From positions 1 through 28,920 of the IMG/VR virus record IMGVR_UViG_3300030330_002493: 28,920 nt of DNA, one strand, 5' to 3'. Numbering within the stretch: the stretch's first letter is position 1; each line of letters begins with the position of its first letter. This document shows positions 6,743 through 17,622 of the stretch, piece after piece. The notes beneath the pieces are model-generated. The model saw nothing but the letters and a program-made list of their open reading frames with translations, was not told where the DNA came from and searched no databases. The position numbers and the translations under genes are program-made. Origin of the DNA: a virus. Lineage: Duplodnaviria; Caudoviricetes.

Positions 6743-9700
6743 ATGCCTCTTAATAAGCTAGAAAACTTTATCAAGAATACTGAGGGTCGTATTCTTTATG
6801 TTAATCCCAATGACCTTGACTCTACTGATGCCATCGAGAATCAGGGAAACTCTCTTACCAAACCCTTTAAGACGGTCCAGAGAGCACTTATTGAGTCTGC
6901 TAGATTTTCATATTTAACTGGAAACGACAACGATATTACTGAGAAGACCACCATTCTTCTGTTTCCTGGTGAGCACGTCATTGATAATAGACCTGGTTTT
7001 GCTATCAAAGATGATAGTGGAACAGCAAAAGCAGTATCTCCATCTGGTTCAGAGACAGTTGCATCGGTTGAATTTGAACTATCTACAGACTCTGTTTTTG
7101 ATATTACTCAAGAAAACAATATCCTTTACAGATTTAATAGTGTAAATGGTGGTGTTGTTGTACCTAGAGGCACATCTATTGTTGGTCTTGACCTTAGAAA
7201 GACCAAGTTAAGACCAAAATATGTTCCAAACCCAACTGATGACGGTGTATCAAACTCCGCAGTCTTTAGAATCACAGGTGCTTGTTACTTCTGGCAGTTC
7301 TCTGTATTTGATGGTGATGAGTCTGGTTTAGTCTACACTGACCCATCAGACTTCTCTTCCAACAACAGATCTAAACCAACATTCTCTCACAACAAACTAA
7401 CAGTATTTGAATACTGTGATGGTGTAAACAATGTTTCTGGTTATACATTGTCCGACTTGGACATGTATTATGCTAAGTTATCTAATGCTTTCAACTCAAC
7501 CAACAGAAGAATTGAAGCGACTGATAGATATCCAGCAAATAGCATTGGTTTCTCCAAGCAGAGACCAGAGTTTGAAATTGTTGGAGCATTTGCTGCTGAC
7601 CCAGTAAACATTTCTACTATCATTTCGGGTGATGGTTTCACTCCTGGTAGTATCATTACGGTCACCACATCAACACCACATGGATTGACTGCTGGAACAC
7701 CTATTAAGATCAAAGGTGTCGGTGTAGAAGACTACAACGTATCGACCAAAGTTCAGAACGTATCAAGCACAACTCAGTTTACATATCTCTTACCATTTGT
7801 AAGAGTCAACCTTTCTGCATCTCCAAGTGCAGCATCTGCAACAGTCACCATTGAAACTGATACTGTAACAGGTGCATCTCCATATATCTTTAACATCTCC
7901 ATGCGTTCAGTGTGGGGTATGCAAGGTATGCACGCTGATGGTAGCAAAGCTACTGGTTTCCGCTCAATGGTTGTGGCTCAGTTCACTGCTATCTCACTTC
8001 AAAAAGATGACCGTGCCTTTGTAAAATATAACAGCACGTCTAGATTATATGAAGGTATTGCATACACTAAGGTAACAGGTGCTGCACTGTCTAGTGGTTC
8101 ATCTGCTACAAACTCCACACAAGTTTATCATCTAGACTCTGATGCAAGATACAGAGAAGGATGGGAAACCTCTCATATTAAAGGAACGAACGACGCTTTT
8201 ATTCAAATTGTTTCTGTTTTTGCTATTGGTTTCTCCAGACACTTCTTCGTAGAGTCTGGTGGTGACTATAGTTTGACTAACTCAAACTCAAACTTTGGTC
8301 AAATATCACTGGCAGCAAGAGGTTTCAAGAAGGATGCTTTCGCCAAGGATGATAAAGCATATGTAACGTCCATTATTACTCCTCGTGCTATCACAAGCAC
8401 TGAAGAAGATATTGACTGGATCTCACTTGACGTTGATAAAACTATCTCTGTAGGTATCTCAAGTCATCTGTATCTTGAAGGATTTGAAGATGCAAACGAC
8501 AAACCACCTGTTCTTATTCAAGGATACAGAGTTGGTGCTAAGGTAGATGATAAGTTATTTGTGAAGACTATCAATGGTGCATCAACATTTGATGCTTCCA
8601 TTCATATGGTTGATACTGATCCTGCATCAGGTGTAGTCTTTGGAACAACTAGTTCCGTAAAAGAATACACTGTATCTTCAGTTACATCAAGCATTTTGAA
8701 CATTGGTGTTCATAAACTGAGAACTGGTGAGAAAATTAGAGTCTTAAGTGATACTGGTGACCTGCCTGAAAACGTATCTCCACATAGAAACTATTTTACC
8801 ATTGTTCAGAGTGCTAATCAGATTAAGTTAGCGTCATCTCTGACTAACGCTGAGAATGGAACTGCTATCACAATATTTGGTGGAGATCAACTGCGTGTTT
8901 TAAGTAGAGTATCTGATAAAGATGCAGGCGATGTTGGTTCACCATTGCAGTATGACCCAACAAACAGTCAGTGGTATATTCACACTGCACAGTCAAATGA
9001 TATCTTCACTAACTTTGTAAGTCAGGGAACATCTGTCTTTGGAACTAGATCTGAAGTATCATTCTTCAAGCGTTTTGAAGATCCAAGAAGTATTGATGAG
9101 AAACTCTATAAGTTAAGAGTTGTTGTTCCTAAAGAGTTTGATAACGCAAAGAACCCAGAAGAGGGCTTTGTCATTCAAGAGTCAAGCACTACAGGTTTAA
9201 GAGCTGATACTGATGCAACTCTGACAACTATTGGTGCATCTGACTTTGACTTCAACCGTAATGCAAGATTCATCAGCACTTGCACTGAGGCAGCAAATGT
9301 AGTCACTGTTATTACAGAACTTCCTCATAACTTGAATGTAAATGATAAAGTTACACTCAAGAAGGTAAGCAGCACATCAAATACAACTGCAACTGAAAAT
9401 GTAGGTTTCAACGGAACATTTACCGTTGCATCTGTCACAGGTGATAAGACATTTACATATTCTACCACTGATGTAGATGGTGTTACCCACACAACTGGTT
9501 CATTCACTAATGATACCTCATCTAGAACTACTGACCTGCCCAGATTTGTAAGAACTGACTTACAAAACAACTACTACATCTACAGAAATGATGTAATTTC
9601 TGAGTATAAGAAGGATGTTCAAGATGGTGTTTATCACCTGTTCGTTCTTAATGCAGGCAATGCAATTCCTACTGAGTTTACTGATGACAAGTATAGTCAG

Positions 9701-12127
9701 CAGGTTGAAGATCTCTATCCACAACTTGATAGAGATAACCTGAATGAGAACCCACTGTCTGCTAAGACATTTGCTAAGAGATCACCAATAGGTTCTGTTG
9801 AAACAAATGACCAGAAGAAGAGTATCACCAGAGAAACTGTTGATGGTATTCTGAAGGACTTTGGTATTGGTCTTCCTATTACTGGTATTGCTGATGGTGT
9901 TGGTATTTCTACTATCACATTCGAAAGAGAGCATGGTTTCAGTGGTATTGTAACCTGTGCCATTTCAAATAATGGTAGTGGCATGACAAATGGCACATAT
10001 CAGAACGTAAAACTCCTCAATAATGGCACAACAACTTGGGATGGTGCAACAGCAAGAGTTGTAGTTTCTGGTAATGCTGTAACTCAGGTTGATGTTCTTT
10101 CTGGTGGTTCTGCATATACCGATGGAGAAACATTAGACCTTGATAATACTTTCACAGGTGGTTCTGGTGCTGAAGTTACTATCTCTACTGCTGGTATATC
10201 CTCTGCTATTGGTAATACTGTTCAGGTAACTGGTGTTGGAACTGCAACTGGTGGATACTTCCGTATCAATGGTGTTCCTTCTACCACACAGATCTCTGTT
10301 GCTACTACATCAGGTGATGCAAGCATTGCGACTCACCAATATGTTATCAATGTTGGTCGTGAAATTCGTATCGCTTCAGATACCTTTGATGCTGCTACTG
10401 GACTGAGTGTATTCACTACATCACTGGGTCATGGTCTTGTTGCAGGTAACAGAATCACTATTAAGGATGCAAGTGATAACAACTTGGGTTCATATCTGGT
10501 TACTGCTGCTACCACAACAACGGTCACTGCTAAGACAAATGCTAACTTGAATGGTCTTTACATTCTCAAGAACGCATTGTCTGCTAATGATAAGTTCTCT
10601 GATAATACTGGAGAGAACTTAGGTGCCAGAGGTCTTCAGTTCTACGGAAATGAAGTATTGACTCTGGGTGCAAACATCAGCAGTGGCACCACACTTGAAG
10701 TATCTGTTCCCAACGCTGGTATCTCTACCACACAGAGATTTGAACTTGGTTCTTATATCCAAGTAGACAACGAGATAATGAGAATTACCAGCAGCACACT
10801 GTCTGGTTCAAGTAATAATGAAATCTCAGTCATTCGTGGTGTATTAGGAACCGTAAAAGAGAACCACGTTGCTGGTGCTCTTATCACCAAGATTACACCA
10901 AGAGCTATTCAGTTCCATAGACCTTCTATCATTCGTGCTTCTGGTCACACGTTTGAATATCTTGGATATGGTCCTGGTAACTATTCAACCAGTTTACCAC
11001 AAGTTCAGGTTAAGACTCTTTCTGAAGAGGAAGAGTTCCTGGCTCAAGCAGAAGAATCTGCATGTGGTATTGTTGTTTACTCTGGTCTCAATAATGATGG
11101 TGACTTCTTCATTGGTAACAAGAAGATCAACTCAGCAACTGGTAAAGAGTCCACATTTGATATTCCAGTAGCAACCATCACAGGACAAGACCCATCTAGA
11201 TTAAGTGTTGTCTTTGATGAAGTTATTGTCAAAGAAAGACTACTGGTTGAAGGTGGTAAGTCTAAGACTATTCTCTCTGAGTTTGATGGTCCAGTCAACT
11301 TCGGTGGACAAGTTAAGATCAATGGTGGTCTTACTGTTAATGGAACATTCAAACTCAACAATACCTTCAACATCACTGATACTACTCAGTCAATAAATGT
11401 TGATACTGGTGCCTTCACAGTTGATGGTGGTGTAGGTATTAACAAGAACCTGAATGTTGGTGGGTTGCTGAATGTTGCTGGTGTTGTGACTGCAACATCA
11501 TTCCATGGTGATGGTTCTTCACTGACTGGTATTGATCAAACAAGTCTTGTAGATGGTAACGGTACAACTAGAGTTCAAGCAACTACAACTGGTGCAACTG
11601 TTACTGGTGATATTACTGCCAATGGTGGTGATTTTGGTAACATCACGGTTGGAGTATCAAATGATAATACCATTACCACTACATCCGGTAACTTAACTCT
11701 TGATTCCAATGGTGGAACATTAGTTGTTAATGATAACCTTGATGTAAATGGAACTGGCACTCACACATTTGCTGGTGGTATTTCTGTCAGTGGTGATGGT
11801 TCATTCACTGGTGATGTTATTGCCTTTGCGTCTGACGATAGACTGAAGACAAACAAAATCAGCATCACTGGTGCACTAGATAAAGTTGATACACTTAGTG
11901 GTTTCACTTACAACTTCAATGAAGCAGCAGGTGAACTTGGTTTTGATATTGACATCAGATATGCTGGTGTATCTGCACAAGAAGTAAGAGAAGTTCTCCC
12001 TGAAGCAGTTCATCCTGCACCTGTTGGTAAAGGATACATTACTGTTCAGTACGAGAAACTTGTTCCACTCCTTATTGAAGCTATCAAGGAACTCCGCCAA
12101 GAAGTAAAAGACCTGAGAAATTCATAA
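6743..12127 (+). CDS. Large virion structural / tail-fibre protein with a C-terminal peptidase S74 intramolecular chaperone
   Basis: N-terminus ILYVNPND...GNSLTKPFKTVQRAL, Thr/Ser/Gly-rich beta repeats, and C-terminus SDDRLK...GVSAQEVREVLPEAV...YEKLVPLLIEAIKEL. Confidence 0.85.
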   Translation: MPLNKLENFIKNTEGRILYVNPNDLDSTDAIENQGNSLTKPFKTVQRALIESARFSYLTGNDNDITEKTTILLFPGEHVIDNRPGFAIKDDSGTAKAVSPSGSETVASVEFELSTDSVFDITQENNILYRFNSVNGGVVVPRGTSIVGLDLRKTKLRPKYVPNPTDDGVSNSAVFRITGACYFWQFSVFDGDESGLVYTDPSDFSSNNRSKPTFSHNKLTVFEYCDGVNNVSGYTLSDLDMYYAKLSNAFNSTNRRIEATDRYPANSIGFSKQRPEFEIVGAFAADPVNISTIISGDGFTPGSIITVTTSTPHGLTAGTPIKIKGVGVEDYNVSTKVQNVSSTTQFTYLLPFVRVNLSASPSAASATVTIETDTVTGASPYIFNISMRSVWGMQGMHADGSKATGFRSMVVAQFTAISLQKDDRAFVKYNSTSRLYEGIAYTKVTGAALSSGSSATNSTQVYHLDSDARYREGWETSHIKGTNDAFIQIVSVFAIGFSRHFFVESGGDYSLTNSNSNFGQISLAARGFKKDAFAKDDKAYVTSIITPRAITSTEEDIDWISLDVDKTISVGISSHLYLEGFEDANDKPPVLIQGYRVGAKVDDKLFVKTINGASTFDASIHMVDTDPASGVVFGTTSSVKEYTVSSVTSSILNIGVHKLRTGEKIRVLSDTGDLPENVSPHRNYFTIVQSANQIKLASSLTNAENGTAITIFGGDQLRVLSRVSDKDAGDVGSPLQYDPTNSQWYIHTAQSNDIFTNFVSQGTSVFGTRSEVSFFKRFEDPRSIDEKLYKLRVVVPKEFDNAKNPEEGFVIQESSTTGLRADTDATLTTIGASDFDFNRNARFISTCTEAANVVTVITELPHNLNVNDKVTLKKVSSTSNTTATENVGFNGTFTVASVTGDKTFTYSTTDVDGVTHTTGSFTNDTSSRTTDLPRFVRTDLQNNYYIYRNDVISEYKKDVQDGVYHLFVLNAGNAIPTEFTDDKYSQQVEDLYPQLDRDNLNENPLSAKTFAKRSPIGSVETNDQKKSITRETVDGILKDFGIGLPITGIADGVGISTITFEREHGFSGIVTCAISNNGSGMTNGTYQNVKLLNNGTTTWDGATARVVVSGNAVTQVDVLSGGSAYTDGETLDLDNTFTGGSGAEVTISTAGISSAIGNTVQVTGVGTATGGYFRINGVPSTTQISVATTSGDASIATHQYVINVGREIRIASDTFDAATGLSVFTTSLGHGLVAGNRITIKDASDNNLGSYLVTAATTTTVTAKTNANLNGLYILKNALSANDKFSDNTGENLGARGLQFYGNEVLTLGANISSGTTLEVSVPNAGISTTQRFELGSYIQVDNEIMRITSSTLSGSSNNEISVIRGVLGTVKENHVAGALITKITPRAIQFHRPSIIRASGHTFEYLGYGPGNYSTSLPQVQVKTLSEEEEFLAQAEESACGIVVYSGLNNDGDFFIGNKKINSATGKESTFDIPVATITGQDPSRLSVVFDEVIVKERLLVEGGKSKTILSEFDGPVNFGGQVKINGGLTVNGTFKLNNTFNITDTTQSINVDTGAFTVDGGVGINKNLNVGGLLNVAGVVTATSFHGDGSSLTGIDQTSLVDGNGTTRVQATTTGATVTGDITANGGDFGNITVGVSNDNTITTTSGNLTLDSNGGTLVVNDNLDVNGTGTHTFAGGISVSGDGSFTGDVIAFASDDRLKTNKISITGALDKVDTLSGFTYNFNEAAGELGFDIDIRYAGVSAQEVREVLPEAVHPAPVGKGYITVQYEKLVPLLIEAIKELRQEVKDLRNS

Positions 12128-12130
12128 ATA
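12123..12130 (+). promoter_or_regulatory. T4-type late promoter
   Basis: CATAAATA upstream of the ATG at 12150. Confidence 0.65.
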
Positions 12131-12149
12131 ACTAAAAATCTATTATAAG

Positions 12150-13952
12150 ATGGCGAATATCAGGAAGTCATTTAATTTTCGTGATGGTGTTCAGGTTGAT
12201 GAAGACAATTTTATAGTCAACTCTCAAGGCTTAGTGGGAATCGGCACTACCGTTCCTGCTGAGTCTCTTGATGTTCGTGGAAACATCAATGTTGTTGGTG
12301 TAATAACTGCTGGAAATGAGTTTGTCAGCGCCCTGAACGTCACTGGTTTCGCTACTATAACCGATGGTTCATTCGGACGACTAAAAGCACCTACAAGCGG
12401 CATTGTGACCGCTACAACAGGTATTCTGACATACTTTGGTGATGGTTCTACATTATCAAACCTACCAACATCACAATGGGTTGATACAGATGTAGGTCTA
12501 GGATTCACAAGCATATATGCTGCTGGAAATGTAGGAATTGCGACCACAGATCCACGTTTCACCTTCCAAGTTGGTGGTAATGATCAAACTGCTGTTGGTA
12601 TTTTTACAGGTGGTGTTGGTTTCAGTGATAGTGGTAATGTAGTTGTTGCTGGTATTCTTACTGCAAATAGTATAAGAGGAAATGGAACTGGTATTGATGG
12701 ACTAGATGCTGATCGCATCACTAGAGGAACATTAGGGCATGACTTCTTACCTGTCATTGATGATAGTAAGATTGCTGAAGGTTTAAGTTTCACTGGTATC
12801 TTAACTGCCACAACATTTGATGGGAATGTAACTGGAAATGTTACTGGAGATGTGGTTGGAACAGCATCAACAGCACAGTCACTGACTGGAACTCCTGATA
12901 TTGAGGTTGATGATGTTACTGCTTCAACTGTTACGTCGGGATATATTGAAGTAACTGCCAATCTTGGTGTAGAAGGTAAGGTTGGAGTAGGCACAACAGC
13001 ACCATTAAGTAATATCGAAGTTCAAAATGTTGGACTTTCTTCTATCTACGTTGGAAGCACAAATGATAATGCTGCTATTGAACTAGGAAGAGGACTTCCA
13101 AATAGAGCTACATCGGGTGGTATCAGATACGGTGGAGATAGTGGGTCATCTTATAGTGACTCAAGATCTCTTGATATTGTAAACTATGACTTAGGTCATG
13201 TTAATAGTTACCTTCACGCTGGTAGTGGAACTGGTATCAATACTGGTGGTTTCCACTGGTTCCACAAAGCAGATCCCTTACTTTCTCTCACATATGAGGG
13301 CAACTTAGGTCTGGGTGTAACCACACCATCAACTAAATTGAGTGTAACAGGTGTATCAACATTTACAGGGGATACATTCATCAATGGTGACTTAGGTGTT
13401 GTCGGTAATCTTACTCTTACTGGTTCTTTATCTGCATTGAGTTTTTCGGGTGATATTTTAGCACCTGATGGTTTCTCTGTTGTATTAGATAATGGAACTG
13501 GAAATGGTGCAAATGGAAGAGTAAATGTCAATACTCATGTAACATCTGGCATTTCAACCTTCTATCATATTGAACAGAATGACCTAGGATATTCAGTATT
13601 TTCCTCAAGCGATCCTCAAGGTGTAGACAGAACTGATAGCAATGCTCTACGTTTTGCTATCAACCCAGCAACACATCTTCAAGGTGGTTCAGCGAGAGTT
13701 GTTGTAACTCAGAAAGGATGTATTGGTTCAGGTACAACCAACCCAGTATGTGCCCTTGACTTAGGTTCTGCAACTGCTAATGATGATGGTGAGTCATTCT
13801 CCTCTGATAGGTTTATGATTCTACCAAAAGTCAGCACTACCAACAGAAATAACTTGAATAACTTGACTCCTGGTGCTTTGATCTACAACACTACACTCAA
13901 TAAAATCCAGGTCCGCACAGCATCTGGATGGGAAACTGTAACTTCTAGCTAA
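12150..13952 (+). CDS. Tail-fibre-like structural protein (600 aa)
   Basis: Repeated G.VGIGTT.P motifs and GIxTA motifs; C-terminal TTNRNNL..PGALIYN..SGW module. Confidence 0.75.
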   Translation: MANIRKSFNFRDGVQVDEDNFIVNSQGLVGIGTTVPAESLDVRGNINVVGVITAGNEFVSALNVTGFATITDGSFGRLKAPTSGIVTATTGILTYFGDGSTLSNLPTSQWVDTDVGLGFTSIYAAGNVGIATTDPRFTFQVGGNDQTAVGIFTGGVGFSDSGNVVVAGILTANSIRGNGTGIDGLDADRITRGTLGHDFLPVIDDSKIAEGLSFTGILTATTFDGNVTGNVTGDVVGTASTAQSLTGTPDIEVDDVTASTVTSGYIEVTANLGVEGKVGVGTTAPLSNIEVQNVGLSSIYVGSTNDNAAIELGRGLPNRATSGGIRYGGDSGSSYSDSRSLDIVNYDLGHVNSYLHAGSGTGINTGGFHWFHKADPLLSLTYEGNLGLGVTTPSTKLSVTGVSTFTGDTFINGDLGVVGNLTLTGSLSALSFSGDILAPDGFSVVLDNGTGNGANGRVNVNTHVTSGISTFYHIEQNDLGYSVFSSSDPQGVDRTDSNALRFAINPATHLQGGSARVVVTQKGCIGSGTTNPVCALDLGSATANDDGESFSSDRFMILPKVSTTNRNNLNNLTPGALIYNTTLNKIQVRTASGWETVTSS

Positions 13953-13953
13953 T

Positions 13954-14988
13954 ATGGCAACACCTTCTTCTGGTCAAATATCTGCTACAAATATCTCAGA
14001 TGAGTTTGGTAGAAACCTAGCAGGCAATCAAATGTCTTTGGGTGGTTACAGACTAAGCCAAACTGTTGGTTCCTTATCGTTCAACGGTATTGATAGTGGT
14101 GTTCCATCATCAGGTGAAATTAAGTTCAGTGACTTCTACAACAAAAGACTGAATGTTGTTGTTGACTTTCATAGTGGCGGAACAGAAAGTAGACAAAATG
14201 CAAAGAGTAGATACAACAACAATAGTGTAACTGTTATTGGTGGATTCAGAGGAAGAAAAGAAGCAGGTTCAAAGATACTTATTCATGTAAATAAAACTAT
14301 TGGTTCAGCAAAAGGTAACCAAGCAAACGTTGCACTCAGAACAGGAACTTGGAATTCTGATGTTGTTTTGAGTGTTGATGTAGGTAGTAGTGGAAGATTA
14401 TATGGTGCTGGAGGAGATGGTGGTAAAGGTGCAGATAGTTGGTCTGATGCAGGTAGTAGTAATGGTGCTAGTGGTGGCAATGGAACCTCAGCATTAGGTA
14501 TTGAACATGAAGAAACTAATGTGAATGTTCAAAGTGGTGGAAAGATATTATGTGGATTTGGTGGAGGTGGTGGTGGAGCTGGTGCTCGCCAGGTTGATGG
14601 AGGTGCTGATAGAAGTGCCTGCGGCGGTGGTGGCGGCGGTGGTTCAGGTCTACCTGCTGGAAATGGTGGTGGAGCTGGAGTGAGACAGTCAGGTAATTCC
14701 GATGAAGTTCAGAACGGTTCTGGTGGTTCTGCTGGTCAACTAGAAGAAAATGGTGAAGGTGGATCAGGTGGAAACAATGATAATGAAGCTATTGGTGCTA
14801 ATGGTGGACGTGGTGGTGATCCTTTTGAAAGTGCCCAAGGTGGGGGTGGTGGAAGAAATCTAGACAGTTCAAATGGTGGAGCTGGGTCAAATGGTGCTGC
14901 TATTCGTAGAACTAATTCAAACATTCAAGTTGATGTTGTAAGTGGTGGACAAATTACAGGAAGTTCAACTGCAACAGGGGTAGCATAA
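13954..14988 (+). CDS. Glycine-rich tail-tip adhesin-like protein
   Basis: N-terminus SSGQIS..I..EFG...SGEIKFSDFY, then polyglycine blocks (GRLYGAGGDGG, GFGGGGGG) resembling the architecture of T2-type gp38 adhesins. Confidence 0.6.
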   Translation: MATPSSGQISATNISDEFGRNLAGNQMSLGGYRLSQTVGSLSFNGIDSGVPSSGEIKFSDFYNKRLNVVVDFHSGGTESRQNAKSRYNNNSVTVIGGFRGRKEAGSKILIHVNKTIGSAKGNQANVALRTGTWNSDVVLSVDVGSSGRLYGAGGDGGKGADSWSDAGSSNGASGGNGTSALGIEHEETNVNVQSGGKILCGFGGGGGGAGARQVDGGADRSACGGGGGGGSGLPAGNGGGAGVRQSGNSDEVQNGSGGSAGQLEENGEGGSGGNNDNEAIGANGGRGGDPFESAQGGGGGRNLDSSNGGAGSNGAAIRRTNSNIQVDVVSGGQITGSSTATGVA

Positions 14989-14991
14989 ATA
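14984..14991 (+). promoter_or_regulatory. T4-type late promoter
   Basis: CATAAATA upstream of the oxygenase pair. Confidence 0.6.
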
Positions 14992-15008
14992 TCTAAAAAT
15001 ACTTTGTT

Positions 15009-15590
15009 ATGTCTGATAACTTTGTTGTGCGCTATCGTGGTGCGTTCTCTAGAAAAGAGTGTGCAGATCTAGTTGAGTATATTGACTATCTGGATAACAA
15101 TAATTTATTGTTTTATGATACGGAAAGACTTCATCAAGTAGATAATAAAACCATAAATGTAAACAATGGTTTTAATCTAGATGTTACTGCTGCTTCTAGA
15201 ATATCACAGCAGATCTTACCTAACATGAAGGTTTGTATTGATGAATATGTGAACATGTTTAGTCTGTTGCAGCAGAGCGAGTTTGCTGTTTATGACTGTA
15301 AGTTAAAGAAGATACCTGCTGGTGGTGGGTTTCATTCCTGGCATTATGAGAATGGTTCATACATTTCATCGCCAAGATCTTTTGTCATTCAGGTGTATCT
15401 GAATGATGAATTTGAGGGTGGTGAGACAGAGTTTTTGTATCAAAACTTACGGGAGGAAGCAGTCACTGGAGATGTGATCATCTTCCCTGCTGGGTTTACA
15501 CATACTCACAGAGGTAATCCACCCATTGGTGGAACAAAATACATTGCAACTACATGGGCAGTAGTTCAAGATAATGGAGGAAGAGAATGA
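15009..15590 (+). CDS. 2OG-Fe(II) oxygenase (prolyl-hydroxylase-like)
   Basis: FHSWHYE...YLNDEFEGGET.F...IFPAGFTHTHRG..P...KYIATTW. Confidence 0.88.
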   Translation: MSDNFVVRYRGAFSRKECADLVEYIDYLDNNNLLFYDTERLHQVDNKTINVNNGFNLDVTAASRISQQILPNMKVCIDEYVNMFSLLQQSEFAVYDCKLKKIPAGGGFHSWHYENGSYISSPRSFVIQVYLNDEFEGGETEFLYQNLREEAVTGDVIIFPAGFTHTHRGNPPIGGTKYIATTWAVVQDNGGRE

Positions 15591-16258
15591 CAGAGACTTT
15601 GAAACTTATTAGATATGAAAAACCATTCCCACACATTATTGTCAAGAACTTTTACAATGAAGAGGAACTTGAACTTATCTGGGAAGAACTTAACTTCTAC
15701 ACAAAACCAGGAAAGTTACTGAAAGCAGAAGACTTTGGTGGCATTGTTGGATATACAAACTCTAGTGCTCTTATCTTAGATCAACTTTATAGAAACTATT
15801 CAAGTGGTAACTGGCAGGGTATCAATGGTAACCCAAACTTTAGACCAATGTCTAATATCTTGACTGTCAATAGAAAGATATTTACTTCTGGTATTCTCAA
15901 TACTTTTGCTGATATTCATGGATGCTGCTCTATTGCACCAATGGCAAACTTTGATGCTACCAAGGTAAGATATTATCACGATAAAGAATACTATCGTGCA
16001 CACACTGATAAGTCAACTCAGTTCCTAGCATTTACTTACTTCAATAAAGAACCTAAGAAATATGAGGGTGGTGACTTATTCTTTCCTGAATATGATTATG
16101 AGTATGGATGTGATAACAACTCATTGATAGTTTTCCCTGGTTGGGTGAAACATGGTGTCAATAAAGTTTCTATTAAAGACTCTGATTATTATGAAGGATA
16201 CGGTAGATATGCTATCACAACATTCTTTGGAAATATATCTGAACAAGATAAGGCTTGA
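15587..16258 (+). CDS. 2OG-Fe(II) oxygenase
   Basis: YRAHTD...YEGGDL.F...VFPGWVKHGV...GRYAIT. Confidence 0.85.
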   Translation: MTETLKLIRYEKPFPHIIVKNFYNEEELELIWEELNFYTKPGKLLKAEDFGGIVGYTNSSALILDQLYRNYSSGNWQGINGNPNFRPMSNILTVNRKIFTSGILNTFADIHGCCSIAPMANFDATKVRYYHDKEYYRAHTDKSTQFLAFTYFNKEPKKYEGGDLFFPEYDYEYGCDNNSLIVFPGWVKHGVNKVSIKDSDYYEGYGRYAITTFFGNISEQDKA

Positions 16259-16283
16259 CATAACTTACTTCCATGAGTAGAGT
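16255..16283 (+). promoter_or_regulatory. Possible sigma70-like promoter
   Basis: TTGACA-17 nt-TAGAGT. Confidence 0.45.
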
Positions 16284-16323
16284 ATCTTTGTCCCTTTTGA
16301 TAAGAGAGCTGTAGCTTTTTAAT

Positions 16324-16377
16324 CCAGTTCTTTTACTGTCACAGGGTTCACCGGTAGAGTCCCCACTCTGCTATAAT
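16324..16377 (+). promoter_or_regulatory. Early-type regulatory element, copy 1
   Basis: CCAGTT-CTTT-TACTGTCACA, then TATAAT at 16372, upstream of the helicase. Confidence 0.65.
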
Positions 16378-16401
16378 ATATCCATACTGAACAGGGCACA
16401 C

Positions 16402-17583
16402 TTGACCATCACACTTCGTCCACACCAGCGTAAAGCAGTCAATGCAATGTGGCAGAATGACAAAGGTCAAGTCATCATCCCTACGGGTGGTGGTAAGACT
16501 ATCTGCATGATTGATGATGCCATTACTAACATGGAAGTCCGTCATCATGGTCAGACTTTTGTTGTTGTTGCTCCTCGTATTCTTCTTGCAGAACAACTTT
16601 GCAAGGAGTTTCTTGAGCTTCTCTCTCCCGGTCATAATGCCCATGTGATGCACGTTCACAGTGGTGATGTTGAGTTCTTTCACACCACCAACCCTGAACA
16701 GATTCATCTGTTTGCTAACACTGCCCGTACAGCAGGTGAGAACTGCATCATCTTTACTACCTATCATTCTCTGCACAAAGTACAAGCAGCAGACATTGAA
16801 GTCAACACCATTTATTTTGATGAAGCGCACAATTCTGTCCAGCGTAATTTCTTCCCTGCCACTGAGCATTTTTCTGCTGACGCTGACCGCTGCTATTTTT
16901 TCACTGCTACTCCTAAACACTCTGTTACCGTCTTCAAGCCTGGCATGAATGATACTGCCGTTTATGGCAATGTCATCTGCAATGTTCCAGCTCCTCAGTT
17001 GGTTGAAGAGGGTTACATTCTTCCTCCTAAAGTTGTGGTGAAGACTCTGCCTCAGGGTGACTTCAAACTGTCTGATAGTGAGAACCTGTTGCAGACTTTG
17101 GATGAGCAATCAGTCAACAAAGTTCTTGTTGCTGCACGTTCTACCAAGCAAATTGTTCGTTTGGTTGGTGAGTCTGACTTCTGTATGCAACTTCAGGAGC
17201 GTGGATACAACTGGATGTATATCACTTCCAAGACTGGTGCTATCATTAACGGTAAGAAAGTTTCCCGTGAGCAGTTCTTCAAGACTCTGAATCAGTGGGG
17301 TGAAGATGACACTCGTTTCGTGATTATGCACCATTCTATTCTGTCTGAAGGTATCAATGTCAAGGGACTTGAAGCCGTGTTGTTCATGCGTAACATGGAT
17401 TACATTGGTATCAGTCAGTCTATCGGTCGTGTGATCCGCCTTGGAAAGCGTCACAAGACGTTTGGACTTGTATGTGTCCCTGTGTATGATAAGGTCGGTA
17501 TCGGCACCGCCCGTAGCGTTCAGGCAGTTGTAGATACTGTGTTTGAACAGGGAGAACCTGCTATTTCAGTGGTTCGCCGCTGA
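16402..17583 (+). CDS. Superfamily 2 (DEAH) helicase, ResIII-like
   Basis: LRPHQ, PTGGGKT, DEAH, TAT, LSEGINV and QSIGRVIR motifs. TTG start. Confidence 0.9.
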   Translation: MTITLRPHQRKAVNAMWQNDKGQVIIPTGGGKTICMIDDAITNMEVRHHGQTFVVVAPRILLAEQLCKEFLELLSPGHNAHVMHVHSGDVEFFHTTNPEQIHLFANTARTAGENCIIFTTYHSLHKVQAADIEVNTIYFDEAHNSVQRNFFPATEHFSADADRCYFFTATPKHSVTVFKPGMNDTAVYGNVICNVPAPQLVEEGYILPPKVVVKTLPQGDFKLSDSENLLQTLDEQSVNKVLVAARSTKQIVRLVGESDFCMQLQERGYNWMYITSKTGAIINGKKVSREQFFKTLNQWGEDDTRFVIMHHSILSEGINVKGLEAVLFMRNMDYIGISQSIGRVIRLGKRHKTFGLVCVPVYDKVGIGTARSVQAVVDTVFEQGEPAISVVRR

Positions 17584-17622
17584 TACTATTCAATTCAAAT
17601 CTAACTCAATCTAACTAATCCA

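Noticed and set aside
7468-14924. Antisense ORFs inside the large structural genes
   Set aside because: They are fully nested opposite long, well-supported + strand genes and are explained by codon bias.
16284-16323. Possible small RNA after the TTGACA/TAGAGT promoter
   Set aside because: Only a weak imperfect hairpin is present, which is insufficient evidence.
16348-17454. Long antisense ORFs (253 and 114 aa) opposite the helicase
   Set aside because: They mirror a strongly codon-biased gene and have no recognisable motifs.
17595-17622. Short AATCTAACT duplication before the 212-aa ORF
   Set aside because: It is too short and AT-rich to interpret, and is probably just an unstructured leader.
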